A stretch of 64,000 bases of DNA from Eledone cirrhosa (lineage: Eukaryota), in the NCBI GenBank assembly GCA_964016885.1, contig OZ024741.1, positions 225,122,001-225,186,000 of the forward strand, written 5' to 3'. The notes under the pieces were generated by a model. The model saw nothing but the letters and a program-made list of their open reading frames with translations, did not search any database and was not told the origin of the DNA. Position 1 is the first letter of the stretch. Every line of letters begins with the position of its first letter. Made by a program: the position numbers and the translations under genes. Shown in pieces: positions 53,549 through 64,000 of the stretch.

Positions 53549-53991
53549 CTTCTTCTGGTTTTATAATTTCACAAAGTTTTACCAATAGAGAGAGAGTCGG
53601 TTTCTAACATAGACACAAGACTCTCTCATTGGAATTTACACAACATCAACTAGGTAGATATGTATATATGCATGCATGTGTAGATATGGATGTTATTGTA
53701 TGTGTGGATGTGGATGTTTTGAGTTGTATGTGTACATGTGTATATGCTTTGTATCTGTACATGTGTATATGCAGTTATTAAATGCAAAATTTTTGGAAAG
53801 TTTTACATATTTTTACTGTTCTATTAATGGATTGTACTTGTAATTTCCTAACTAGTTGTGTTCTTTCTGTTCCTGTGAAGCCTAGCTTCTCAAGATTTGT
53901 ATTGAGGCAGTTACTAACATATCCCAGTGCCCCAATAATCACAGGCATAAATCTGAAGGTGTAATCAGGGTGGAGTATCTGCAGATTTCTC
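53549..53991 (-). mobile_element. R4/Dong-like element, heavily 5'-truncated
   Basis: MPVIIGALG..VKICKTF plus 3' UTR. (TATG)n on both sides. Confidence 0.85.
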
Positions 53992-54022
53992 ATGTATGTA
54001 TTTATGTATGTATGTATGTATG

Positions 54023-55165
54023 TTTTTCTGGTTTTAAAATTTCACAAAGTTTTACCAATAGAGAGAGAGTCGGTTTCTAACATAGACACAAGACTCTCTC
54101 ATTGGAATTTACACAACATCAACTAGGTAGATATGTATGTATGCATGCATGTGTAGATATGGATGTTATTGTATGTGTGGATGTGGATGTTTTGAGTTGT
54201 ATGTGTGCATGTGTATATGCTTTGTATCTGTACATGTGTATATGCAGTTATTAGATGCAAAATTTTTGGAATGTTTTACATATTTTTACTGTTCCATTAT
54301 GGATTGTACTTGTAATTTCCTAACTATTTGTGTTCTGTCTGTTCCTGTGAAGCCCAGCTTCTCAAGATTTGTACTGAGGCAGTTACTAACATACCCCAGT
54401 GCCCCAATAATCACAGGCATAAATCTGAAGGTGTAATGAGGATGGAGTATCTGCCGATTCCTCATCCGTTCTGCATAAATATTCTCCTTTTCGTTAATCT
54501 TTGATATTATATTGGCATCAGCTGGACAGCTAATTTCCACTACTGTGCATGCTTTCTTCTCCCTGTCCCATATAATAATATCTGGTCTGTTATGCCTGCA
54601 TTTTATTGGCGTTTTTACTGGAACATTCCACCAGTACTCTTTCATATTATGTACATGGATGTCTTCCACATTGTTGTAGCTTTTAATGTGTTTATTATCG
54701 GGGCTATCTTTTTTACGAACTGCATTGTACAGTGTTTTGGCCAGTACATCATGCCTCATAGGTAGATAGTACCGCGATGACATCTTTGGACAGCTGCTGA
54801 TGACATGGGTGATATCCTCGATGTTAGTTCTGCAGAGTCTGCACTTGTTATCACATTTAGGTGTTTTGCCTGCATCCCTATCTCTTTTGTGAATCAGGTA
54901 TTTCGTGTTAATCCCTGTTCTTGGATAGCAAAAGCGTATCCTTCAAAGTGGGAGCGGTTATTGGTCCAAGATAGACTACTTTCCTTATCTATATTACTCT
55001 CACTCTGGAGCTTCTTGGCAACATATCCATGCATGATTTTTTTGCTGATAAGCATGCAGTTTTTCATCTATGGATTCACTCCGATACTGCTGAGCGACTT
55101 CCCTGGGTGTGAGCTTTTGATTATCACACAGGCAATATCTCTCGAGGAGTTCCTTCCCAACTCTC
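54023..55165 (-). mobile_element. R4/Dong-clade non-LTR element 3' part (CCHC + restriction-like endonuclease)
   Basis: FEGYAFAIQEQ, CRLC-x8-H-x4-C, RHD and NRPD...VEIS...KE..Y (PD-(D/E)xK type). (TATG)n at 53993-54022 and 55166-55231. Confidence 0.9.
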
Positions 55166-55244
55166 ATGTGTATGTATGTATGTATGTATGTATGTATGTA
55201 TGTATGTATGTATGTATGTATGTGTGTATGTAATTTTTAATAGC

Positions 55245-55520
55245 AAGGCCTGCTATCTTTTTTATTCTGTGAAACAACTTGTCGAAGAAACAATCTATTA
55301 AGGACCTTGAGAAATCTACTTTATTACGAATGCCATTGATAATATCAAAGGAAGCCTGGATAACGTAACCGAGATCTTTATGAGAAGAGTTAGGAAAAAG
55401 CTATGGTCAGAAACATGTAATAGCTTCTTTTAGGTTGATGAAGAAATAGCATCAACGATCATCAATAAGGTTATTGAGTTAGCCAACAAAGTGAGAACGC
55501 AATATTTGAAGGAAGCAATA
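55245..55520 (+). pseudogene. pogo/Tigger-like transposase remnant
   Basis: KACYL..KQL and YFITNAIDNIKGSLDNVTEIFMRRVRKKLWSETCNSF resemble the region after the Tigger DDE domain (recognised from memory). Confidence 0.5.
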
Positions 55521-56256
55521 CTATAGTGTGAAATTATATCTTTTCAAATGTTGCTGAAGCTAGATTAGTAATGCATAAAAAATAAACCCAAAGGCCGTAC
55601 TTTAGAAACAGTAATTTTTATCATCTTAATTTATCGCTGTTTGTGTTATTACACCCTTATGCCAATGCTAGAATAATTATTACACTTGTCTCCGAGACGG
55701 GTGCTATGCGGGCCGCATTCGTTCAAAACACAAAAAAATCAGGAAAATTGTAAACCAAACCTATAAACCTTTAAAATGTTGTTCTTTTTACTAATACACA
55801 CTTCTTGAAACGAATGTTATAATTATAAGCTGGTACCTCTCTCTATATTATAGCGTTGTTCAGTTTAGAGCTTAAATTTAGGAACGTATCTAGAGCGTTA
55901 ATCGAGGTATTGCTGTATATGAATTTATGTCAGAGTGCATCCTAGCGCTACTGGCAATATGTAATCCAGTACAACCTGTTGCATGATCGGGTCGTCGGCC
56001 ACTAAACCAACACATAACACCAAGCAGGCATGGTCGGATGGGTTTCCAGACACCCAGAAAAAAATTATATCCACCAACGTGACGGTTGGGCACATTATAG
56101 GGTTAACGACTATCTAACAATAGCATTAGCACTTAGAAATCCCAATTTGGCAAGCAGTAAGATTACTGAGCATGAGGTTATCTTTTGCTTTTATTTAAGC
56201 ATGTCTTTATAAGGTCAATTCGATATAAAATTCGTTGCGCAGGGAATAGTCTCGAT

Positions 56257-56444
56257 CAGGCATGCCATACATGCGGCCCTTTACAAACACACCTATAGCT
56301 CGCACAAACGTTTTTACTGCACGAGCATGTTTTATCTTCGTAATATATTTACAAAAAATAGTTGTAATATGCACAATTAGTTGTCGTGTGTGGCCCTCAC
56401 ACAACACATATGTCACCCATGTGGCCCTCAGTTTGACATGCCTG
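56257..56444. mobile_element. hAT (Charlie-like) MITE
   Basis: TIRs CAGGCATGCCATAC / GTTTGACATGCCTG; 8-bp TSD GTCTCGAT / GTCTTGAT; subterminal (c/t)ggccc motifs. Confidence 0.8.
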
Positions 56445-56804
56445 GTCTTGATCACCTAGGTGGAACTTTAGCTTGTGCTGAAGATCAAGACGATGCTCTA
56501 ATTCCCTGAGCCTAAAGCATCTTATTGACACCAGATATGTTGCCCCAGGAAGTGAATTGGTTAACTTTGTCTTTCATTCTTTCCAAGTCGATAAAATAGT
56601 TCATTATTCTTTTATATCTCTTTCTCACTTCTTCTCTATCGCTCTTTCTCATTTTCTGGAAGAAAATCAGCTGCGTTCAAACGTGGAGAGGCATGAGATC
56701 GGCCAGGTTCAACATGCATAAGATGGCGCCCGTACGACACCACCAGATATTATGAATTCACATATTTTGCCTTATCCTGTTTCTGAATCACACATATAAG
56801 AAGG

Positions 56805-58310
56805 TTGTGGTGGTGGTGGTGGTGGTGGTGATGGTGATGGTGGTGGTGATGGTGGTGGTGATGGTGGTGGTGATGGTGATGGTGGTGGTGATGGTGGTGG
56901 TGATGGTGGTGGTGGGGGTGGTAGTGGTGGTGGTGGTGGTGATGGTGGTGGTGGTGGTGGTGATGGTGATGGTGGTGGTGGTGATGATGGTGGTGGTGGT
57001 ATGAGTGGTGATGTTGGTGGCGATGGTGGTGGTGGTGGTGGTGGTGGTGGTGATGGTGGTGGTGGTGGTGGTGGTGGTGGTGATGGTGGTGGTGGTGTTT
57101 GTGGTGGTGGTGGTGATGGTGGTGGTGGTGGAGATGGTGGTGGTGATGGTGGTGTTGGTGGTGATGGTGAATGTGATGGCGGTGGTGATGGTGGTAATGG
57201 TGGTGGTGGTGGTAATGGAGGTGGTGGTGGTAATGGTGGTGGTGATAGTGGTGGTGATGGTGATCATGGTAGTGGTGATGGTGGTGGTAATGGAGACGGT
57301 GGTGGTAATGGTGGTGGTGGTAGTGGTGGTGGTGGTGGTGATGGTGGTGATGGTGGTGGTGGTGGTGATGGTGGTGGTGATGGTAGTGGTGGTGATTGTG
57401 TTGGTGATAATGGTGGTAGTAATGGTGGTGATTGTGGTGGTCGTGGTGGTGATGGTGGTGCTGATGGTGGTGCTGATGGTGGTAGTGGTGGTGGAGGTGA
57501 TGGTGGTGGTAGTGGTGGTGGTGGTGGTAGTGTTGGTGGTGGTGATGATGGTGGTGATGGTGGTGGTGTTGGTGGTGGTGGTGGTGGTGGTGATGGTGGT
57601 TGTGGTGGTGGTGATGGTCGTGGTTGTGGTGGTGGTGATGGTGGTGGTGGGGGTGTTGGTGGTGGGGGTGATGGTGGTGTGTGTGATGGTGGTGATGCTG
57701 ATGCTGTTGATCGGGGTGATGGTGGTGGTAGTGGTGGGTGTGATGGTGGTGGTGGTGATGTTGATGAGTGTGTTGGTGATGGTGGTGGTGGATGTGATGG
57801 TGGCAGTGGTGGTGGGTGTGGTGGTGGTGATGGTGGTGGTAGTGGTGGTGATGGTGGTGATGGTAGAGGTGGTGATGGTGGTGGTGGTGGTGGTGGTGAT
57901 GGTGGTGTGTCTGGTGATGGTGGTGGCGTGGTGGTGATGGAGGTGGTGGTGGTGGTGATGGTCGTGGTGGTGTTGGTGGTGAAGGTAGTGGTGGTGGTGG
58001 TGGTGGTGATGGTCGTGGTGGTAGTGGTAGTAGTCGGTGTGATGGTGGCGTTGGTGGTGATGGTGGTGTTGGATGGGTGTGATAGTGGTGATGTTAATGG
58101 GTGTGATTGGGGTGGTGTTGATGGATGTGATTGTGGTGGTGGGTGTGATGGGTGTGATGGTGGTGATGGTGGTGGGTGTGAAGGGTGTGATGGTGGTGAT
58201 GGTGGTGATGGTGATGATGGTGGTGGTGGTACTGATGGTAGTGATGGTGGTGATGGTGGCGATGTGGATGGTATTGGTGATGGTGGTGGTGGGTTTGATG
58301 GTGATGATGG
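56805..58310. repeat. 1.5-kb degenerate (GGT/GAT)n tract
   Basis: Direct reading. The long ORFs here are compositional artefacts. Confidence 0.9.
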
Positions 58311-58349
58311 CATTTTATTGCTGATGGCAGCTAGAGACGAACCAGATTG

Positions 58350-58399
58350 AGAGAAGGTGAGAGAGAGGAGTAAGGGAGTGGAAGAGAGAGGGAGGGAAG

Positions 58400-58443
<44 letters not shown>

Positions 58444-58450
58444 GTAAGGT

Positions 58451-58481
<31 letters not shown>

Positions 58482-58483
58482 AG

Positions 58484-58530
<47 letters not shown>

Positions 58531-58534
58531 GAGA

Positions 58535-58615
<81 letters not shown>

Positions 58616-58670
58616 GAGAGAGAGAGATAGAGAGAGAGAGAGAGGGAAGAGAGAGAGAGAGAGGGGGAAG

Positions 58671-58707
<37 letters not shown>

Positions 58708-58748
58708 GGGAAGGTAGAGAGAGAGAGAGAGAGAGGGGGAGGTAAGGT

Positions 58749-58782
<34 letters not shown>

Positions 58783-58791
58783 GGAGGGAAG

Positions 58792-58846
<55 letters not shown>

Positions 58847-58919
58847 AGGTAGAGAGAGGGAGGGAGAGAGAGAGTGAGAGAGAGAGAGAGAGAGAGAAAG
58901 AGAGGGAGGGAAGGTAGGT

Positions 58920-58950
<31 letters not shown>

Positions 58951-58995
58951 AGGTAGAGAGAGGGAGGGAGAGAGAGAGTGAGAGAGAGAGAGAGA
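58350..58995. repeat. (GA)n-rich tract with recurring GGTAAGGTA/GGAAGGTA interruptions
   Basis: Direct reading. Confidence 0.9.
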
Positions 58996-59508
58996 CATTT
59001 GATAGATATACCAGCAAAACGAGGGATACAGGTAAGACAATAACATATGTTGAAACAAAGTATTTTAGTTTGTCAGCTTGTGTCTAAATTTGTGTGTGTG
59101 TGTAGTTGTGTGTGTGTGTGCATGTGTGTGAGTGTGTGTTTGTGTGTGTGTGGGGGTATGTGTGTGTGGGTGTGCTTGTGTACGTGTGTGTATGTGAGTG
59201 TGTGTGCATGTGTGTGTGCATAGCGAGAAAAAGATATGTATATACGTGCATACACACATATATATACATACATATGTACATGCATACATACATACAGGCA
59301 TACATACATACATACATACACACATACATATATATAAACATACATACATACACGCATACACGCATACATACATACATACATATATACAGCCAGACATACA
59401 CACACACACACAAATACATACATACATTTATGCACACATTTAGTGATACTCGTTATATATCCTCATTCAATACATAGCGACAGTCTCGAATACTTACACA
59501 CACACATA

Positions 59509-59618
<110 letters not shown>

Positions 59619-60212
59619 CGGAGGACGTAACGTATTTGCGCGTGTGCATCTATGCATGGCTTTGCGCACCGAAATAAACAATTACAAACACGCACATACA
59701 CACCTGTGTGTCTTTGTGTGAGTGTGTGTGTATGCATATGTATGTGTGTGTGTGTTGTGTGTTTGTGGGTGTATGACTGTAGGCATGTCTGTATGTGCGT
59801 ACACGTAGAAAATGTTATGGATGAATCGAAAAAGAGATGTCACTACCGCCAGAGGCTGAGAGCAATTTAGAATAGATTGACACTTTGCGGAGGAATAAAG
59901 CCTTCATGCCTTTTTATGCACATCTACGCACACACCGGTGCACATACTCACATGCATATATAGATACACACATAAATACAAACGTATATTCACAGAAACA
60001 CACTAATACACACATACACATGCAGGCACACATACATATATACAAACTCTAACTTTCATATCCACACACACATGCTGCACGTTCATTCGCACGCACTCCT
60101 GCATAGATATATATATATGTGTGTGTGTATACACAAACATAGATACATACATGCATACACACACATATATCATACACACACACACAAACACACATATACA
60201 TATGTATATAAT

Positions 60213-60280
<68 letters not shown>

Positions 60281-60619
60281 CACATACACACACACACAAA
60301 TATATGCACAAGTGCATGTACATATACACGCACAACGGAATTATATATGCATTTACTCACTATGCAGTTAGACATATTGACAAGAAAGCTATCATTGTAA
60401 CCACATCCTTCCACCAGAGTCTCAAAAGCAAAAGAGAAATCCCCAAACTCAAAAGCATAAAGGCCTGACAAAATCAAAAGCATGCACCTAAACATTTAGA
60501 ACCTGAAGGATTCATTGTGTTTACCAAAACCTGCGACTATTCCTATCAACATTGCCCAGGATTTGGTAGTTGAGCAAAGTCATAACTGTTCCACTCCCTA
60601 TCACTGTTTCCCTCTACCG

Positions 60620-60690
60620 TTTCTTCTTCTTCTTCTTCTTCTTCTTCTTCTTCTTCTTCTTCTTCTTCTTCTTCTTCTTCTTCTTCTTCT
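60620..60690. repeat. (TTC)n microsatellite
   Basis: Direct reading. Confidence 0.95.
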
Positions 60691-60984
60691 GCACCACATA
60701 GCACATCTTGCCACCGACCCACTCCTAGGCCTGTCCAATATCTGCCACATCTTTCTCCACAGACCCCATGGCCAAGCCTGGAAGATCTGTTTATCGTTTC
60801 TGTAGCAATTCTAGAAAGGTAAATGCACAATGTCACTAACCCATATACCCTCCTCCACTGATTCAAACCACTACATCCAACTATCATCTTACTCACAAAC
60901 CGAATATATAAAATACAAGTTGACTAAAATAAATAAATAAACCCGTACATACGCAACGACATCAGCAGAAATTTGACTGACTCA

Positions 60985-62305
60985 CTCACCAGATATCAGT
61001 AACTGATTTTTTTATTGTCTCTGATCTCTTCGATTCTGTGCTGGGTATTCGTGTTAAGAGAAGGGCTGGGCTGTCAACTGATCACCACTTAGTTATCTGC
61101 ATCTTGAGTTTCCCTAAAGCCAAGAAAGCCTACAGAACTGGCTGGTTCAGGTCTACACACAAAGCTGTCTGATACGGAGGTCAGGACAAAGTATGCGGAT
61201 AGTATAGCATCCAAATTCAAAGAACTCCCTGAGCAAACTGACGACGTTGAAACGCAATGGAGGCTTTAGCTAGGCTGTTTATGCTTCGGCTGGCTGTTAA
61301 ATGTTGCAGGAGAAAGTAGCTTGGTTTAGTCTGGAGGTTAAAGAAGCTATCCGAGCAATGAAAGAGGTTCACAAAGCTTGGCTTGGAAATATGTCCCTCT
61401 TCTTGCATTTGCAGTACAATCAGAGACAATAAAGGCGTTCCCTCATGGGAGGATTTTGGGATTTAGCTGGAATCTGACATTAGATAAGAAAATAAAGTAT
61501 TCAGACAGAACACCTCCAACTTCGTAATAAGAAGTCCCCTTTCACGTCTGGGGTTCTTCTCTCTTCATGGAGGTGCATCCTCTCGAGTTAGAGAGAATAT
61601 TTCACTGATCTAAATCAGATCACAACAACATCTTCTGGTGTATATAAGGTGCATCTAGGAGTGATGACTAACTACTCGATGGCTGAGGTCACCAGAGAAA
61701 TTAAGGAGGTTAAATGTAGCAAGGTCTCTGGGGAGGATGAAATTATAATGTATACTCCATGCTCAGCCTCCCATATAAAGTCTATGGTAGGTGTCAGGCA
61801 AAGAGATGTTGGGATATTGTCGAATCCAAGCTAGCTGACGAAACAGGAAACAGTGTGGTTTTCGCTCCGAACGCAGCCCATCCGACCAAATATCCACACT
61901 GCGGCAGATCTTCAAGAAAACGTGGAAGTATTGCCCAGAGGTGCATGCTTGTTTGGCGGACCTCGAAAAGGCATACGACCGTGTTCCACAGGATCTGTTG
62001 TGGAAGGCTTTTCAGGAATATAGGATCGATGTAGCGCTTCTTGTCCTGAAGTCTCTATACGAATGCCTTAGTATTTGTGTTCGGATAAATAGTGTTGATA
62101 CGAAACCATTCAATGTGGGTGTCGGGCTCCGCCATGGGTGTATACCATCACCTTTCCTGTTTATAATCTTCATAGATAAGATTGACATGTGCAGCCGGGC
62201 TAGCGGTGGGATTAGGATTGGCAGGTGTAGGATCATTCGTCTGGAATGTACAGATGACATGATATTACTTAATTCGTTAGAAAGAGATCTCCGACAAGTA
62301 TTCGA
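60985..62305 (+). mobile_element. Old RTE-clade (Expander/Rex3-like) fragment
   Basis: STDHHLV, LSLPYKVYGRC, DLEKAYDRVP, GLRHGCIPSPFLF and a degenerate CTDD. Many lesions. Confidence 0.75.
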
Positions 62306-63497
62306 TACGCGAATTCCTGTTTGCTGACGACTGTGATCTTGTCGCTAATACAGAGAGTGGCATGCAAAATCTCATGGATTTCTTTTCGAAAGCATGCAGT
62401 GCATTGAGCCTACCATTCAGTCTGAAAAAGACTATGGAGTTGTACTAACCTACACCAGGCAAAGCTTACTCTCTGCCAAACATATATGTCTATGGCCAGA
62501 GATTGAAAGGCAGGGATAAATGTGTATATCTAGGCAGCACTGTGAATATGACCAATACTCTGGATGAAGAAATCTCCCTCCTAATCAAGAAGGCAAGTGA
62601 TGCATTTGGAAAACTGGATGGGCATCTATGACCTCAGCATGGTATTTCCATTGAGACAAAGTTAAAAGTGTATAATGTTTATGTTTTGCCCTCTTTATTG
62701 TATGCATCTGAGACTTGGGTCACTTACCGAAGTCATCTCAAAAGGCTGGAGCACTTTCATCAACAGTGTCTTTGACCTATCCAGGGCATAGACTGGAAAA
62801 TGTTCGTGAGTTACACTGAAGTCCTCGAACAGAGTCTCTCATATTTCAACATCGCTTAAAATGGAGTGGTCTTGTAGTGAGAATGATTGATAATCGCATC
62901 ATTAGGTAGTTCTGTATAGTGGGCTGGTCGATGGTAAACAAATCTAAATTGAGGTACAGGGATTGCATTAAAAACACACCGAGGAAGATGAAAATATCGC
63001 AGAATGACTGGGAAAAACTCGCTCTAGATTTTCTTTCCTGGAGTAAGGCAGTGCATGATTGGAGGGGGAAATGTGGACCGTGTTGAGCATGAAAGCTCAA
63101 GCGAGGTGCTCGTAAGTGCCTTGAGTTTGGTTTATCTATATACTTTGGCATGCAGGTTGGTTTAACATGTAAAGAATGTGGCCGATTATGTCTAAGTAGG
63201 GCGGCCCTTGGAAGTCATCGGAGAAGCCACGCACACGGGGAGACTGTCAACTGTACATTGTATAGCATTTCTGTTTGTGGGGAGTGCAGAAAAGAGTGTG
63301 CCTCAGTTGGTGGACTGAAACGTCATTTGAAACTGCATCAAAATAGGACCATAACACCTACTGTGAGAGGCCCTCATTATTGCAACGTTTGTGCTAAAGT
63401 GTGCAGGTCCCTACTAGGAATAAAAAGCCACGTTCGTGCTGCTCATGCTTAAGTGTCAAGTGATAACGTTACTCGAAATTGAGTTGCAGTCGTCATG
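62306..63497 (+). mobile_element. Second RTE-clade family 3' part ending in three C2H2 zinc fingers
   Basis: IREFLFADDCDL, YLGS, LLYASETW; ORF 63150-63452 with three CxxC-x12-H-x3/4-H units. Confidence 0.85.
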
Positions 63498-63501
63498 TAT
63501 A

Positions 63502-63550
<49 letters not shown>

Positions 63551-63552
<2 letters not shown>

Positions 63553-63750
63553 CGAAGGAAATGTGGTAAGGAACCAGGTGGACCATAACGCACCAAAGTA
63601 CTCAATACTTAGGGTAGTAGAGTGGGTAATAGGAACAAGTAAGACCCCGACGGCTGAGCTCAAGCCGTTTCGACGGCTAATTCTGTACTAATTCAGTACA
63701 GAATTAGCCGTCGAAACGGCTTGAGCTCAGCCGTCGGGGTCTTACTTGTT

Positions 63751-63755
<5 letters not shown>
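63551..63755. mobile_element. Inverted pseudo-LTR family B in (TA)n
   Basis: Near-identical to 10802-11022 but with a different inner junction. Arms at ~63629-63689 and ~63695-63755. Confidence 0.82.
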
Positions 63756-63799
<44 letters not shown>

Positions 63800-64000
63800 T
63801 TTTCCGTAGTGTTGTAATATGAAAATTACACACAGTAGATGGACAGCTGACGTAGAGTTTGCTCGACGGTTCCAGTTGTAGTTTCAAAAGTAATCCGGAG
63901 AAAATAGAAGGATTTAAATGTATACAGTTCAGTTAAAAGGAATTTATTGACAAGCGATGCAAAGAGTACTTATGGTATAACCCTGAATACAATAGTTCCA

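Noticed and set aside
56640-56790. Possible host exon or promoter (AAGATGGCG YY1-like word)
   Set aside because: A single short motif with no ORF or consistent splice sites.
56788-58350. 449-aa Gly-rich, 310-aa Val-rich and 349-aa Pro-rich ORFs
   Set aside because: All arise from a (GGT/GAT)n tract that rarely produces stops. There is no unique domain or splice evidence, and the repeat phase shifts midway.
63150-63452. Stand-alone host C2H2 zinc-finger gene
   Set aside because: Lacks TGEKP linkers, directly follows RTE coding sequence, and recurs with the same RTE context and 3' UTR at 24208-24850.

Overview
AT-rich, microsatellite-saturated eukaryotic DNA with no recognisable host gene. 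The SINE types and microsatellite load suggest a coleoid cephalopod such as Octopus (inference, not verified). The window is almost all retroelement-derived. (1) A ~28-kb head-to-tail array of five divergent, decayed Tx1-clade (L1 group) non-LTR retrotransposons at 14691-42595, each bounded by (ATCT)n. They share a covarying double hairpin in the 5' UTR, and the two copies that retain the RT core have an identical -1 frame break there. (2) About ten Penelope-like pseudo-LTR fragments in (TA)n, mostly as long inverted hairpins, carrying minimal type I hammerhead ribozymes (one with a U3-A8 core), plus a GIY-YIG endonuclease remnant. (3) R4/Dong-like restriction-like-endonuclease elements and a ~300-bp non-coding partner, both in (CATA)n. 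(4) A 5S rRNA + SINE + SINE chimera inside a perfect 17-bp target-site duplication. (5) RTE fragments ending in three C2H2 fingers, a CR1-type LINE, many tRNA-type SINEs, a hAT MITE and a pogo/Tigger remnant. All calls and RNA folds were made by eye; no searches or folding programs were run.
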